This document shows, one piece after another, positions 32,389 through 43,828 of a stretch of 64,000 nt of DNA (position 1 is its first letter; the number at the start of each line of letters is the position of its first letter). The position numbers and the translations under genes are program-made. Where the stretch lies: positions 64,001-128,000 of the forward strand of contig CBDCLE010000011.1 in NCBI GenBank assembly GCA_965218585.1. The letters run 5' to 3'. This DNA comes from Terriglobia bacterium. Its GTDB lineage: Bacteria > Acidobacteriota > Terriglobia > 20CM-2-55-15. The notes under the pieces are model-generated. The model made no database searches. It was not told the origin of the DNA and was given only the letters and a program-made list of their open reading frames with translations.

Positions 32389-33584
32389 ATGAAAGCTACC
32401 TACGCAACCGAAATCGTCAAGACACTCCGAGAGCGCGGACACGAAGCATACTTCGTCGGCGGCTGTGTGCGCGATATGGTGATGGATCTCGAACCCACCG
32501 ACTATGACATCGCCACCAGCGCTCTTCCTGAGGAGGTGGTCGAAATCTTTCCGCGGACCGAACCGATCGGAGCCAGGTTCGGCGTGATCCTGGTTGTTCA
32601 TGAGGGTGTTGGGTTTGAAGTCGCTACTTTCAGGTCGGATGAGGCATATGTCGATGGACGCAGGCCTACCGGCTGTTGTCTTCACGAATCCTAAAGAAGA
32701 TGTTTTGAGGCGGGATTTTACGATCAATGGTCTGCTTTACGATCCGATTGAGAGACACGTCATCGATTATGTTGACGGGCAGGCCGATATAGAAAAGCGA
32801 ATTGTGCGCGCCATCGGCAACCCGCATGAACGTTTCGATGAGGACAAACTGCGGATACTCCGCGCGATTCGCTTCGGTGCACGGCTGGGATACTCGATCG
32901 AGGATGAAACCTGGGCCGCGGTTCGAGCGATGTCCTCAAAGATCGACCAGGTGAGTGCTGAGCGCATTCGAGATGAATTGGTGCGAATTCTGTCGGAAGG
33001 CGACCCTGCCCACGGAATGCGTATGTTGGAAGATTCAGGACTGCGAAAAGAAATTCTGCCAGAACTCGCCTGGACAGATCATCTCGACCGTTGCCTCGGG
33101 TTGATCAAAGGTCGGGTCGAACCGGATCTTGCGATGGCGGTCCTTCTTCACGAGTGTTCGGTCGAAGATGTGGGGCGTATCGTCGGTCGCTTGAAGTTGT
33201 CGAATGCGGAACAGGCGCATGTTCAAGTGCTCGTTGGAAATCAGGCCATCTTTGACCAGGTTCGAAAAATGCCCATCGCCGGGCTCAAGCGCTTTCTCCG
33301 TATGGACCGGTTCGAAGACCACCTGGAGCTCCATCGGCTACACCACGAGGCTGATGGTGGAGACGGGGCATCTCTGGAATTCGTTCAGGAAAAACTCGAC
33401 CTGTGGTCGGAAGAAGACCTTTGGCCTACGCCCTTGATATCGGGCGACGACCTGATTACATTGGGAATGGAGCCCGGCCCTTCTTTTAAGAAAATCCTGA
33501 CAGTGGTCGAAGACGAACAGTTGGAACAGCGACTCTCCGATCGGGACGAGGGCGCTCAAGTTCGTGCAGCAACAGTTCAAGTAG
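32389..33584 (+). CDS. cca: CCA-adding tRNA nucleotidyltransferase, frameshifts near 32670 and 33550
   Basis: VGGCVRD, DYDIAT and EVATFR in one frame; RRDFTIN and EDKLRILRAIRF in the next. Confidence 0.85.
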
Positions 33585-33593
33585 AGGTTCCAG

Positions 33594-33833
33594 TTGAAAC
33601 ACCTGCTCGCTCTAGTCCTTCTAATCAATCTCAACACGGCAACCATCGAGCAATTAGATCAGCTTCCGGGGATCGGGCCCGTTCTGGCCGAGCGAATCGT
33701 TGAATTTCGCGAGAAAAGAGGTGGTTTTCGAAGAGTGGAAGAGCTGCTTGCTGTCCCTGGAATCAGCGAACGAAGGTGGCAGGTGTTGCGACCTCTGATA
33801 GAGGTGATTGAGGCTGACCCGAAGGATCAGTAG
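33594..33833 (+). CDS. ComEA-like helix-hairpin-helix protein
   Basis: INLNTAT.EQL.QLPGIGP.LA.RI, VPGI. Confidence 0.85.
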   Translation: MKHLLALVLLINLNTATIEQLDQLPGIGPVLAERIVEFREKRGGFRRVEELLAVPGISERRWQVLRPLIEVIEADPKDQ

Positions 33834-36540
33834 TCGGGTCTTCGGCCGGGCCTGGCAAGAGCGCGTCGTTTTCGCTCAGGAAGAAACCCGAGGAAAAGGA
33901 ATGAATCGGGCAGTACGTGTGTGGAACTGTGCCGAAGATAAATGCCTGTGTGAATCGGGTCTCACAGTAAGGCGTCGCCAGCGTCAAAGTGTCCCCGTCA
34001 ATGCTGACCATTTCGACGCCGGGGGGATCATAGAAGTTCATGTCTTCGTCTTCCCGGACAGGGTAAAGCTCATCGGCCGCCAACATGAATGACACCCAGA
34101 TGGGCAGAGCTGAGCGCGAGCCTTCCAGATCCAATTCCCGGTTGTCATCGAAGCCAACCCAGGCAATGGCCAGCAGGTCCTTGGTATACCCCGCGAACCA
34201 GCCGTCTCTGGATGTGCCCGTTTTGCCTGCAGCAGGTAACCGAAATCCTCTGGCCCGGACGCCCGCCCCCGTGCCCCGATTTATGACGTTTTCCAGGAGG
34301 TTGGTCATCAGGTACGCAAGTTCGGGTGCGATGACTTGTTCCGATTCCATCTGATACGTTTCGATCACGTCACCGTCTTCGTCAGCAACCTGTCGGATTG
34401 ACCGGGGTTCTACGCGGACACCCTCATTGGCGAGCGCGGTGTAGGCTCCTGCCATTTCGATCGGAGTCACTTCAAACGATCCCAGAGCAATCGAAGGATA
34501 CGGGCGGATGTCGGCGTTGAGGCCGACACGGTGCGCGAGGTCGGCGATACGGTCGAATCCAACGCGCTCTGCGACTTTCACCGTAGGAACGTTGAGCGAG
34601 CGCTGGAGCGCCTCCCGGACGGGGATCATCCCGTAGAAGACGTTCTTGTAATTGTTCGGCTCGTAGTACTTGTCGTCTTCGTAAAAGAAAAGAGTCGGCT
34701 CATCCATCACTGTCGTGACCGGCGTAATGACCAACGCTTCGCCGATTGTTCCGAGTTCGTCTCTGTCCGGAAGCACGATGAAATCCATTTCTTCCAGAAG
34801 TCCGTCCGCCGCCTCTTCTTCTCCCGTCTTCAGGGGGTGGTCGGCTGCAGACTGAAGTATTCGGCCTGCGTCAGAACGAGGCCTTTCATCGATTTCTTCT
34901 TCCTCTTCGCCTTACATCTACCGAAACCGCTTCCTCGATTTCTTCTTCAGTATCGGGCATCAAGCGCGTAGGCAAATCCGTCGAGAAGAATCGCTTCGGA
35001 GCTTTCATCCACTTCTTCGACTGGATCGACTATCGGGTTGAACGCTGTTTCGAAAGCAGTTGCGTATACGAAGGGCTTGAAGATGGAACCGGGCTGACGG
35101 AATGCCTCGGTGATCCGGTTGTATTGGCTGGCGCCATAGTCGCGGCCGCCAACCATGGCCTTGATTTCTCACCGGTATGCGGGTCCAGGGCAATCAATGA
35201 CGCCTGGACTGGGGGCCGTGCCCGAAGAAGTGCCGCGCCCTAAGGCTTCCAGTTGTGCGTCGACTTGAGCGATGCCCAATGCTACGGCTTCGACGGCGGC
35301 CTTCTGGAGATCCGGATCGATAGTGGTGTAAATACTCAGTCCATCGTTGATCAGTTCTTCCTGCGAAAAGTCGTTGAGCAGCTGGTCCCGAATGTAGTCC
35401 ACCATGTACGGGGCTTCGCTCTCATCCACTCTCATCTCGGCAATCTGAATTTCTGAGTCCCGCGCCCCGGCAAGCTGCGTCATGTTGATCATGTCCAGAT
35501 CGTACATTCCGTCCAACACGATGTTGCGGCGCTCAATCGAGCGTTCCATGTTGTTTCGAGGCGAGTAGGCGCTCGGGGCAGGGAGCATGCCCACCAACGT
35601 GGCTGCTTCCGAGATCGTCAAGTCTGAGATGTCTTTTTCCAAAGTACGCAGCGGCCGCTTCTCCGAAGCCGTGGATGGCAAAGGAGCCGCGGTTACCCAG
35701 ATACATTTCGTTGGCGTACATGGTCAGGATGTCGGATTTCGAGAGGCGCTGCTCTAGGATCAGAGCCATGAAAATTTCCGGAATCTTGCGGTTCCACGTC
35801 CGGTCGCCGCGATCGAGGAAAAAGCTGCCCGCCAGCTGCATCGTCAATGTGCTTGCGCCCTGGAGATTTTCACTCCGGACATAAGTGGCTATGAAGGCCC
35901 CGCCGGCCCTGATGAGATCGATTCCCAAGTGTCGGAAGAAACGCTGATCTTCGGAAGCGACAATGGCATCGGTCAGATGGGGCGGTAGCTGTTCCCATTC
36001 GAGAAGTCGTCGCTTTTCCCGGGTATCGTCAAAGAGGCTTGTTACCAGTTCGGGAGGTAACGCGACTTGATCGACTTCAAACCCGGTGAGCATTTCCTGA
36101 ACACGGCCGACGAGGGTTCCGCTGAAATCGACCCGATAGTCGGGACCCCGGTCCGGAGAGATGATGATGCTGGAGCCTTGATCGCCGGGGATGAACTGGT
36201 AGACGTTGTCCTCGGAAGGCGTTCGGTCTCGCGGTTCGAGTCCGGCGCGCCGCAGGCGAAGGATAACGTCGGTGGGGGCGATCTCCTGACCCGTGTAGAC
36301 GATGTATGGAGTAGCGTAAATTCGGGCGGCGTTCTTGAAGATTTCACCGGAAAGCCTGCGATCGATGATCGTGGCATAGATGTTGTAGTAGTGCATGAAC
36401 ACTACGCCACCACCGATCGCCGCAATCAGCATCAGCGCTGCGGAGATCTTGACAAAAGGGGAAAGCAGGAAAGATCTTACGGCTCCTGACTTTTGCTTCG
36501 ACCTTCCGGTCCGTTTCCGGGTGCTGGTCTGCCTCTGCAT
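33763..36540 (-). CDS. Class A penicillin-binding protein (PBP1A/1B), several frameshifts
   Basis: [28 protein letters not shown] and GKTGTS motifs spread over ORFs 35533-36540, 35169-35681, 34947-35156 and 33763-34788. Confidence 0.88.
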
Positions 36541-36614
36541 AACCGATTTATTATAGCCCAGAAGACGAGTTAAGGTTCAGAAAGGAGCATAGTTAGCCTC
36601 CTTGGCCGTATCCC

Positions 36615-37043
36615 TCAGGCGGAGTCGGGTGATTCGGCAGCCCGTAGTCGTTCGTAGTGTTGGCTCGGGATTGTCGTGGGGCGTGCCCGCTCTTTGTCCA
36701 CAACAATATGCTTCGTGCTTCCCTCAGCCAGAAGCTTGCCGGTTTGTGCGTGAGTGATTTCGTAGGAGAAGAGCATCGTTCTTTTCCTGAGGCGCTTCAA
36801 AGATGTGCGAATGAGGATTTCGTCATCGTAGCGGGCGGGCGAATGGTACCGGCACTCGGCGTCAGCTACGGCGATGGCGACGCCGTCGTTCGCCTCCATG
36901 TCGCTGTAGCGGAAGCCGGATTCCAGACAGAAATCAGTGCGCCCGATTTCCATCCATACCAGGTAGTTCGAGTAGTAGACGACACCCATTTGATCGGTCT
37001 CTGCGTAGCGGACCCGAATTCGGGTTTCTGCAACAATAGACAT
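36615..37043 (-). CDS. Acyl-CoA thioesterase, YbgC/4HBT family
   Basis: RVRYAETDQMGVVYY.NY..W.E.GR. Confidence 0.9.
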   Translation of the reverse strand: MSIVAETRIRVRYAETDQMGVVYYSNYLVWMEIGRTDFCLESGFRYSDMEANDGVAIAVADAECRYHSPARYDDEILIRTSLKRLRKRTMLFSYEITHAQTGKLLAEGSTKHIVVDKERARPTTIPSQHYERLRAAESPDSA

Positions 37044-37168
37044 TACGGATTACCTTAAAGCACTGGCACTCAGCCCCTCCCTCATTGGGAGTGCCGACAC
37101 ATTGTACTCTCTTGCTTGACCCCTGTCGGGGATGCGGCTAGCATGGCCAAACATCAGAGGAGACAACC

Positions 37169-38218
37169 ATGAGACTTTCCAGCCGCATATTGGTCGTTGC
37201 AGTGTGCCTGGCCCTGTCGTCAACGGCCGCCTTTTACCAGGCGCAGACTGTACCCGACATCGTAACGGCCGCCAACGCGTTTCTGGCAGCCCTCGATGCC
37301 ACCCAGTCCGACACGGCACGGTTCGACTTCGAGGATGAAGAAAGAATGAACTGGTTCTTCACTCCTGTCCCCCGTCAGGGACTCACGTTGGGAGAGATGG
37401 AGCCGTACCAGCAGCAACTGGCACAGGCTTTGGTCGCAGCTACGTTGAGTTCGAGAGGGGCTGTCAAGGCCGTGACAATCCTGAGCCTCGAGCAAATTCT
37501 GTATGAACTCGAGGGTGGAGAGGCCGCCCGGATCAGGCGCGATCCCGAACTCTATTATTTCAGTATCTTCGGCGAACCCTCCATGACGGGCACGTGGGGA
37601 TGGCGCATGGAGGGTCACCATATTTCGGTCAACCTGACGATGGACGACGGCGAGGTCATCGCCTCAGCGCCGACCTTCCTCGGTTCGAATCCTGCCGAAG
37701 TCAAGGAAGGACCCCGCCAGGGCTTGAGAGTTCTGGGAAGGGAAGAGGACCTCGCGCGAGGCCTGCTGTCTTCACTGGACGCGACTCAGACGGAAACCGC
37801 CATCATTGAGGAGACCGCTTTCAGGGATATTCTCACCAGCAATTCCAGAGTTGCCGAGATCGAAGGAGATCGGGCCGGCCTAGCTGCCTCGGACATGACC
37901 GAGGAACAGAGGAACCAATTGGCGTCCCTGATCGGCGAATACGCCAATCGACTGTCGCCGAATATCGCCACCGACACGTTGGGACGGATTCGCGAGGCCG
38001 GCGTCGACGAAATCCACTTCGCGTGGGCCGGCAGTGCGGAGCGGGGAGATGCGCACTATTACCGGGTCCATGGGCCGACGTTTCTGATCGAGTACGACAA
38101 CACACAGAACAACGCGAACCATGTCCATTCGGTGTTTCGCGATCTGGAGAACGATTTCGGACGTGACACGCTCCGGGCGCATTACAGAACGGATCATCCG
38201 CGGGCGTTTGCTGATTGA
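37169..38218 (+). CDS. DUF3500 domain protein, secreted
   Basis: W.F.P..R.GL, WGWRMEGHHISVN, PTFLG.NP, YYRVHGPTFLIEYDNTQ..ANHVH. Confidence 0.85.
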   Translation: MRLSSRILVVAVCLALSSTAAFYQAQTVPDIVTAANAFLAALDATQSDTARFDFEDEERMNWFFTPVPRQGLTLGEMEPYQQQLAQALVAATLSSRGAVKAVTILSLEQILYELEGGEAARIRRDPELYYFSIFGEPSMTGTWGWRMEGHHISVNLTMDDGEVIASAPTFLGSNPAEVKEGPRQGLRVLGREEDLARGLLSSLDATQTETAIIEETAFRDILTSNSRVAEIEGDRAGLAASDMTEEQRNQLASLIGEYANRLSPNIATDTLGRIREAGVDEIHFAWAGSAERGDAHYYRVHGPTFLIEYDNTQNNANHVHSVFRDLENDFGRDTLRAHYRTDHPRAFAD

Positions 38219-38439
38219 GGCGTAAGAAGATAGGGGTGGGGCAAGCTGGCCCGGGAGCGATTGTCGAGTTTTCTCCGACTTCAGAAGGAGATTTCATCGT
38301 CCCAGTTGCGGCGGCAGGAACATGAGCGCCGGGCCTACGAGCGCCGCTTTTCGAAAATGGCCCGCCGTCTCACGAAAGATCTGAACAAACGGAGATAAAA
38401 CAAAGGGATCGCGCCTTCGTGTTGAAAAGCAGGTAAGGC

Positions 38440-40074
38440 CTAAACGTCAGGTTCTCGGTATGTGCCGTACACGCTTCGGAGGGTGTCACAGATCTCTCCC
38501 AAGGTGGCATATGCGCGGACACAATCCAGAATAGGATCCATCATGTTCGCCTCGGCTTGGGCCGCTGCTTTCAAAGCACCCAGGGTTTCGGAAACTTTGG
38601 GATTGTCCCGCCGTTCACGCAGTTTTCTGAGATCTGCGATCTGCCGATCGGCAACGGCGTCATCGATCAGGAGGATGTCGATTGGCACCTCGTCTTCGAC
38701 CTCGTACTCGTTGACGCCCACTACGATCTTTTCCCTGTCCTCGATGGCGCGCTGGTAGGTATAAGCCGCGTCCTGGATTTCCCTCTGTGGAAAGCCTTTC
38801 TCGATGGCTTCTACCATGCCGCCAAGTCCGTCGAGCTTTTCGAAATACTCCCAGCAACCCTTTTCCATGTCGAGTGTCAGGCGTTCTACAAGGTAAGAAC
38901 CGCCAAGCGGGTCCGCCGTGTTCGTTATCCCGCTTTCGTGCGCAATGATCTGCTGCGTCCGGAGCGCAATGCGCGCCGTCTCTTCGGTGGGCAGGGCCAG
39001 TGATTCGTCAAGCGAGTTCGTGTGCAACGACTGCGTGCCGCCCATGACCGCGGCCAGCGCCTGAATCGTCGTTCGGACGACGTTGTTGTAGGGCTGCTGC
39101 GCTGTCAGTGAACATCCTGCAGTCTGGGTGTGGAAACGAAGGACCGCGGCCTTCGGATTCTTCGATCCGAATCGATCCCGCATCACCCTGTACCAGATCT
39201 TCCGTGCCGCGCGGTACTTCGCTACTTCTTCGAAAAGATCGTTGTGCGCGTTGAAGAAGAAGGAAAGCCGGGGAACGAAGTCGTCGACATCCATTCCCCT
39301 GCGGCGGGCCCATTCGACGTACTCGATGCCGTCGTACAAAGTGAACGCCAACTCCTGTAAGGCGGTCGCTCCCGCTTCGCGAATGTGATATCCGCTGATC
39401 GAAATGGTGTTCCACCGGGGCACGTGCCGGGTACCGAATTCGATCGTATCCACGATCAGCTTCATGGAAGGCCGGGGCGGGAAGATATATGTCTTTTGTG
39501 CGATGTATTCCTTGAGAAGATCGTTCTGTATCGTCCCCGAGAGCGTGTTCCATTCGACGCCCTGTTTTTCGGCCACCACGAGGTACATGGCCCAGATGAT
39601 CGGTGCAGGCGCGTTCGTCGTCATGGAAGTGCTGATCTGGTCGAGCGGGAGCCCTTCGAACAGCGTTTCCATATCCTCCAGTGAGTCGATAGCGACGCCA
39701 CACTTCCCCACCTCTCCTTCAGACATCGGATGGTCGGAGTCATACCCCATGAGCGTGGGCAGGTGGAACGCTACCGAAAGGCCCGTCTGACCGTGATCCA
39801 ACAGATAGCGGAAGCGTTTGTTCGTGTCGAGAGCCGTTCCGAACCCACTGAACTGACGCATCGTCCATAGCCGCTCGCGGTACATGGCCTCGTGTATGCC
39901 GCGTGTGTAGGGTGGCTCTCCCGGTGCACCAAGATCTGTTTTCGGATCGAACCCAGGGAGATCCTCAGGTGTGTAAGACTCCTGGATCGGTACTCCGGAG
40001 ACCGTCGTATAGCGGACTCTTCGACTGGCCGATTTCGCCTTCGAGGTCACGTCTTCTTTCAAGTCTTTGGCCAT
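38440..40074 (-). CDS. Methylmalonyl-CoA mutase family, N-terminal (large) subunit
   Basis: [42 protein letters not shown]; no B12-binding domain. Confidence 0.92.
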   Translation of the reverse strand: MAKDLKEDVTSKAKSASRRVRYTTVSGVPIQESYTPEDLPGFDPKTDLGAPGEPPYTRGIHEAMYRERLWTMRQFSGFGTALDTNKRFRYLLDHGQTGLSVAFHLPTLMGYDSDHPMSEGEVGKCGVAIDSLEDMETLFEGLPLDQISTSMTTNAPAPIIWAMYLVVAEKQGVEWNTLSGTIQNDLLKEYIAQKTYIFPPRPSMKLIVDTIEFGTRHVPRWNTISISGYHIREAGATALQELAFTLYDGIEYVEWARRRGMDVDDFVPRLSFFFNAHNDLFEEVAKYRAARKIWYRVMRDRFGSKNPKAAVLRFHTQTAGCSLTAQQPYNNVVRTTIQALAAVMGGTQSLHTNSLDESLALPTEETARIALRTQQIIAHESGITNTADPLGGSYLVERLTLDMEKGCWEYFEKLDGLGGMVEAIEKGFPQREIQDAAYTYQRAIEDREKIVVGVNEYEVEDEVPIDILLIDDAVADRQIADLRKLRERRDNPKVSETLGALKAAAQAEANMMDPILDCVRAYATLGEICDTLRSVYGTYREPDV

Positions 40075-40102
40075 ATACAACATGGTATCGAACTTCTCTT
40101 CT

Positions 40103-40190
40103 AAAAGTAGGGACACGTCACTCTTTTTGAGGTCGAACGGGTGTGAGACCAGACGCCCGTTGGTAAAAAGAGTGACCTGTTCCTACTTTT
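40103..40190. repeat. 88-bp palindromic REP/MITE-like element
   Basis: AAAAGTAGGGACACGTCACTCTTTTT and AAAAAGAGTGACCTGTTCCTACTTTT arms around an inner stem AACGGGTGT/ACGCCCGTT. Confidence 0.7.
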
Positions 40191-40279
40191 TACTATCGCG
40201 TCCCGCCTCTTCCATGCGCGACGTGCCGAGTGTGCTAAGATTCGCCGTTTACGCCGCGTGACAGGGGAAGGACTGAGGG

Positions 40280-41710
40280 ATGGCTGGAATAAAGATAACC
40301 AAGCGGGCCAACGATTATTCAAGGTGGTATACGGATGTGATCGCCGCGGCCGAGCTAGCGGATCATACACCTGTTAAGGGCTGCATGGTGATCCGTCCGA
40401 ACGGTTATGCTATCTGGGAAAAAATGCAGCGGGCCCTGGACGACATGTTCAAGGAGACAGGACACGAGAATGCGTATTTTCCGTTGTTGATCCCCGAAAG
40501 CTTCCTTGCGAAAGAGGCCGAACATGTCGAGGGATTTGCGCCCGAAGTAGCGGCGGTGACTCACGCCGGAGGCGTAAAGCTGGAAGAACCTCTGGTGATC
40601 CGGCCGACTTCTGAAACGATCATCTGGCATGCGTATCGAAACTGGATTCAGTCCTACCGCGACCTTCCTATCTTGATCAACCAGTGGGCCAATGTAGTCC
40701 GATGGGAGATGAGGACGCGATTGTTTCTCAGGACGACGGAATTTCTCTGGCAGGAAGGCCATACGGCCCACGCGACTTACGACGATGCCGAGCGAGAAAC
40801 GGTGACGATGCTCGGAGTGTACCGTCGGTTTGCGGAAGAGTTCATGGCCGTGCCAGTGCTGTCGGGACTCAAGAGCGAGGCCGAGAAATTTGCAGGGGCG
40901 CATCACACCTACTCGATTGAGGCCATGATGCAGGACGGCAAAGCGTTACAGGCTGGGACGTCGCATCATCTTGATCAGGGCTTTGCGAAGGCTTTCGACG
41001 TGAAGTTTCAGAATGAAAAGGGAGAGCAGGAATATGTCTATGCGACCAGCTGGGGCGTGTCGACTCGTTTGATCGGAGCATTGATCATGGCTCATAGCGA
41101 CGACCGGGGAATCGTTCTCCCGCCCCGGCTTGCCGCGACACACGTGGTCATTATTCCGATCTTCAGAAAGCCCGAGCAACGGGCGGCGGTCATGGAGCGT
41201 GTGGATCAATTGACGGCCGGCTTCTACGGCATCGACTTCAAAGTGGACGATCGGGAACAACACAGCCCCGGGTGGAAGTTCAACCACTGGGAACAGCGAG
41301 GTGTGCCCCTGCGGATGGAGATCGGACCGAAGGATCTGGAGAAGAACCAGGTGGTTCTGGTGCGCCGGGACAACACGGAAAAGAGCTTCGTGTCCCAAGA
41401 CGGGCTCGCGGCCACAATCAGCGACGCGTTGAGCGGCATTCAGTCGGGCCTCTACCAGCGCGCGCTGGAGTTTCGTGAGGCGCACACGCAGGAAGTGGAC
41501 GATTACGGGGCCTTCAACGAGATACTCGATGGCGAGGGTGGTTTTCTCTGGAGCCACTGGTGCGGCGCTTCGGAATGTGAAGATAAGGTGAAAGCGGAGA
41601 CGAAGGCCACAATCCGCTGTATTCCCACCGAAGGTGAGGCCGAACCGGGGAGTTGCATCAGATGTGGCGAAGCGTCGGAACGCCGGGTCGTCTTTGCACG
41701 CGCGTACTGA
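40280..41710 (+). CDS. proS: Proline--tRNA ligase, archaeal/eukaryote-like type
   Basis: [39 protein letters not shown]; C-terminal Zn-binding Cys and FARAY. Confidence 0.96.
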   Translation: MAGIKITKRANDYSRWYTDVIAAAELADHTPVKGCMVIRPNGYAIWEKMQRALDDMFKETGHENAYFPLLIPESFLAKEAEHVEGFAPEVAAVTHAGGVKLEEPLVIRPTSETIIWHAYRNWIQSYRDLPILINQWANVVRWEMRTRLFLRTTEFLWQEGHTAHATYDDAERETVTMLGVYRRFAEEFMAVPVLSGLKSEAEKFAGAHHTYSIEAMMQDGKALQAGTSHHLDQGFAKAFDVKFQNEKGEQEYVYATSWGVSTRLIGALIMAHSDDRGIVLPPRLAATHVVIIPIFRKPEQRAAVMERVDQLTAGFYGIDFKVDDREQHSPGWKFNHWEQRGVPLRMEIGPKDLEKNQVVLVRRDNTEKSFVSQDGLAATISDALSGIQSGLYQRALEFREAHTQEVDDYGAFNEILDGEGGFLWSHWCGASECEDKVKAETKATIRCIPTEGEAEPGSCIRCGEASERRVVFARAY

Positions 41711-41829
41711 TCATCCCTGTTGAAGCTTACCTATCAACGATTGTTCGTCGCGTGGTCGCCGAAGTTCGATCTTCTTAATGTTGTCGTATGTGTTGCCATC
41801 GAAGACTACGCGGTTCTATGGAAGGGGCT

Positions 41830-42200
41830 GTCAAGAGAAACACGTCCCCGCCGAGCGGACCACCGTACCCAACACTGTCGTGGCAGCCAGCCCCTGTCTC
41901 CGTTGAGACGAACTGTTGATCCGGCATCGCAGAGAAGTCGATCACTCATCACAACGTGGTGTGGTTTCGAGAAACTGAAAAGCGCAAAGGGGTCGTGATT
42001 GCCGACCACGGTTCTATCTGAGCCTCGAGGGCTATCGCTTTTCCAGGTCGTGCGAGGGGGGATAGAGTATTACATGGGCCTTCAGCAAGCGCTGTGTGCC
42101 AACCGCGTATCGGATCCTCACCCTCGACCCTACCGTTCCGACGCCTCACCGACGACGAGCGGTCGAATGCCTCGCGCTGTCGGCAGAAGTCTGGAAACGG
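41830..42200 (-). ncRNA. Candidate bridge/seek RNA of the IS110 element (boundaries approximate)
   Basis: Structured non-coding end with an 8-nt target match and 7-nt and 5-nt donor matches. Confidence 0.65.
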
Positions 42201-43262
42201 CTATGTCGCCAAGTTCAGTTTCTTTGCGTTAAACGTGTCTCCTTTCTTCCACATCTTCAGTGCGGTCGCTGCAATCTTCCTCGCCAGTGTCAGCCGAGCC
42301 ATCTCCTTACGCTTGCCGTCTTTCTGGAGCCCCTCCAGGTAGCTTTTCCAAGGTTCGGCCCCCATGCCTCCGGTCGCCGCCCCGATGAACACATCTTTCA
42401 AACGTCGGTTGCCGTTGCGGTTCAGTCCCCGCGTGGCGATCGGCTTTCGACGACGTACCACACGACTCCCTTCCTGCTCATACTCCGCACTCATGTGCAT
42501 TGCCACGGCCAGACCGCTGTAGTTCCAGAGCTGGCGTTTGGTTCGAAATCGATGCGGGGTGTCCCCCGTCGCTACAATCAAGGCGCAACGTATCGGTCCC
42601 AACTGGGGAATCGTCTGCAATATCCCCACCGCACGATGCTTGCGGCTCTCGGTTAACATCGCCAGCTTCGCTTTTTTTCTTAACCCTCTCAGATGATCCA
42701 GCTCCTCATACAACCATCCGGTACGCCGCCGTGCACCGGTATTGGCGAGCTGTTCGATCCAGTGTTCCCGCTGCGATGGGAGGTAGACGCCGTGGCCCGG
42801 CGTCCGGATCCCACGTCCTCGATACATTGCCTTGATCCGAACCATCGTCCGCTGCGTATCCAGGGTCAAGGTCTCATATCCGCGGACCAGTTCTTTCAAC
42901 GTCCGCGTCGCATCGTGCCCGTGGTAGACCGACCGCAGCCATCCGGCCCGGAGCAGCTCGGCCAGTTTCAGGGCATCCACCCGGTCGGTCTTGGACCCGT
43001 CACTGAGCAGTTTGTTCCGTCTGGGATCACACACGATCACTTCGCTCACATATCCCCGGACCACGTTGTAGAGCCATTCGGCCTGCGTGGTTTCTTCAAA
43101 CGTCACGTGCAGCTCACCACTCAGACTCTCCAGCAAATCAATGATTGGCCCGGCCTGGGTCTCTACGATCTTTTCCCAGACCAGTTTGCCGTCTGCGTTT
43201 AAGACCATCACCACCGTCGTTGCCTGGTGCACATCCATGCCGATATACTTGGCCTGTTTCAT
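42201..43262 (-). CDS. IS110 family DEDD recombinase
   Basis: YIGMDVH, TFEE, KTDRVDALKLA, IPQLGP, YSGL.....SA. Confidence 0.93.
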   Translation of the reverse strand: MKQAKYIGMDVHQATTVVMVLNADGKLVWEKIVETQAGPIIDLLESLSGELHVTFEETTQAEWLYNVVRGYVSEVIVCDPRRNKLLSDGSKTDRVDALKLAELLRAGWLRSVYHGHDATRTLKELVRGYETLTLDTQRTMVRIKAMYRGRGIRTPGHGVYLPSQREHWIEQLANTGARRRTGWLYEELDHLRGLRKKAKLAMLTESRKHRAVGILQTIPQLGPIRCALIVATGDTPHRFRTKRQLWNYSGLAVAMHMSAEYEQEGSRVVRRRKPIATRGLNRNGNRRLKDVFIGAATGGMGAEPWKSYLEGLQKDGKRKEMARLTLARKIAATALKMWKKGDTFNAKKLNLAT

Positions 43263-43828
43263 TTACGTGCTCCTTTGTCTTTGAATTCAACGCAGCTACG
43301 TTGAATGGGTTGTTGTCGGGAGATTTTCCTCCTGGCAACAGCCGACAAAGGGGCGTCCTTCCTTATAGCGTAACGCTTGCGATTGGGTCCGTGCGTGGTC
43401 AACCCCCAGAGCAGGATGGAATCCCGACTGAAGGCCATCGACAGCGATTCGCGATTTCCCGAGAAAACGGGCTCGCGGGCCACCGCCCGGAAAAGAGTCC
43501 TCGAGACGAGACGCCACATTACCAGCGGGAAAGAGTAGTTCAACCAGATCAGATGAGTAGCTCGTTCCCAGACAAGATCGCTCACCATTTGGTAGTTTCC
43601 GTCGGTGACCCATCGCTGATTCTGAGTCTGTACGTCGACCTTGGATCGAAACTCTTCCGGTGGGCGTTCTTGCCAGTCAGGGCCCCAATACAGAGCATCG
43701 AGTTCGATGTGGTGTAGATCGAGGGCATGTGCGAGGCGACGTGCGAGTACGGTCTTCCCAGAGCCGGTTGTGCCGATGATCGCGATTCGCATCACTGTTG
43801 AGGACCTTGCCGAAGAGTCAGTCTGTGA

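Larger units (their letters stand above)
41815..43369 (-). mobile_element. IS110 family element, IS1111-type layout
   Basis: Core AC at both junctions (GT at 41813-41814 and 43370-43371 on +); imperfect sub-terminal IRs; short upstream and long downstream non-coding ends. Confidence 0.88.
41711..43792 (-). pseudogene. Adenylate kinase/FlaR-like P-loop protein interrupted by the IS110-family element
   Basis: GTTGSGKT, ELDALYW and DGNY motifs; element removal restores ...NRKRY-RVVFDGNTYDNIKKIELRRPRDEQSLIGKLQQG*. Confidence 0.85.

Noticed and set aside
37064-37096. Hairpin GGCACTC...GAGTGCC upstream of the thioesterase as a riboswitch
   Set aside because: Single short stem with no recognisable aptamer motif
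42085-42091. GCAAGCG matching the distal left target flank as a guide
   Set aside because: Wrong orientation for a left guide, does not reach the core and lies within a hairpin; probably chance
43259-43370. Coupling of the P-loop ORF stop to the IS110 start (TAAATG) as a natural operon
   Set aside because: These codons are read-through into the IS left end; the true C-terminus is at 41812-41711
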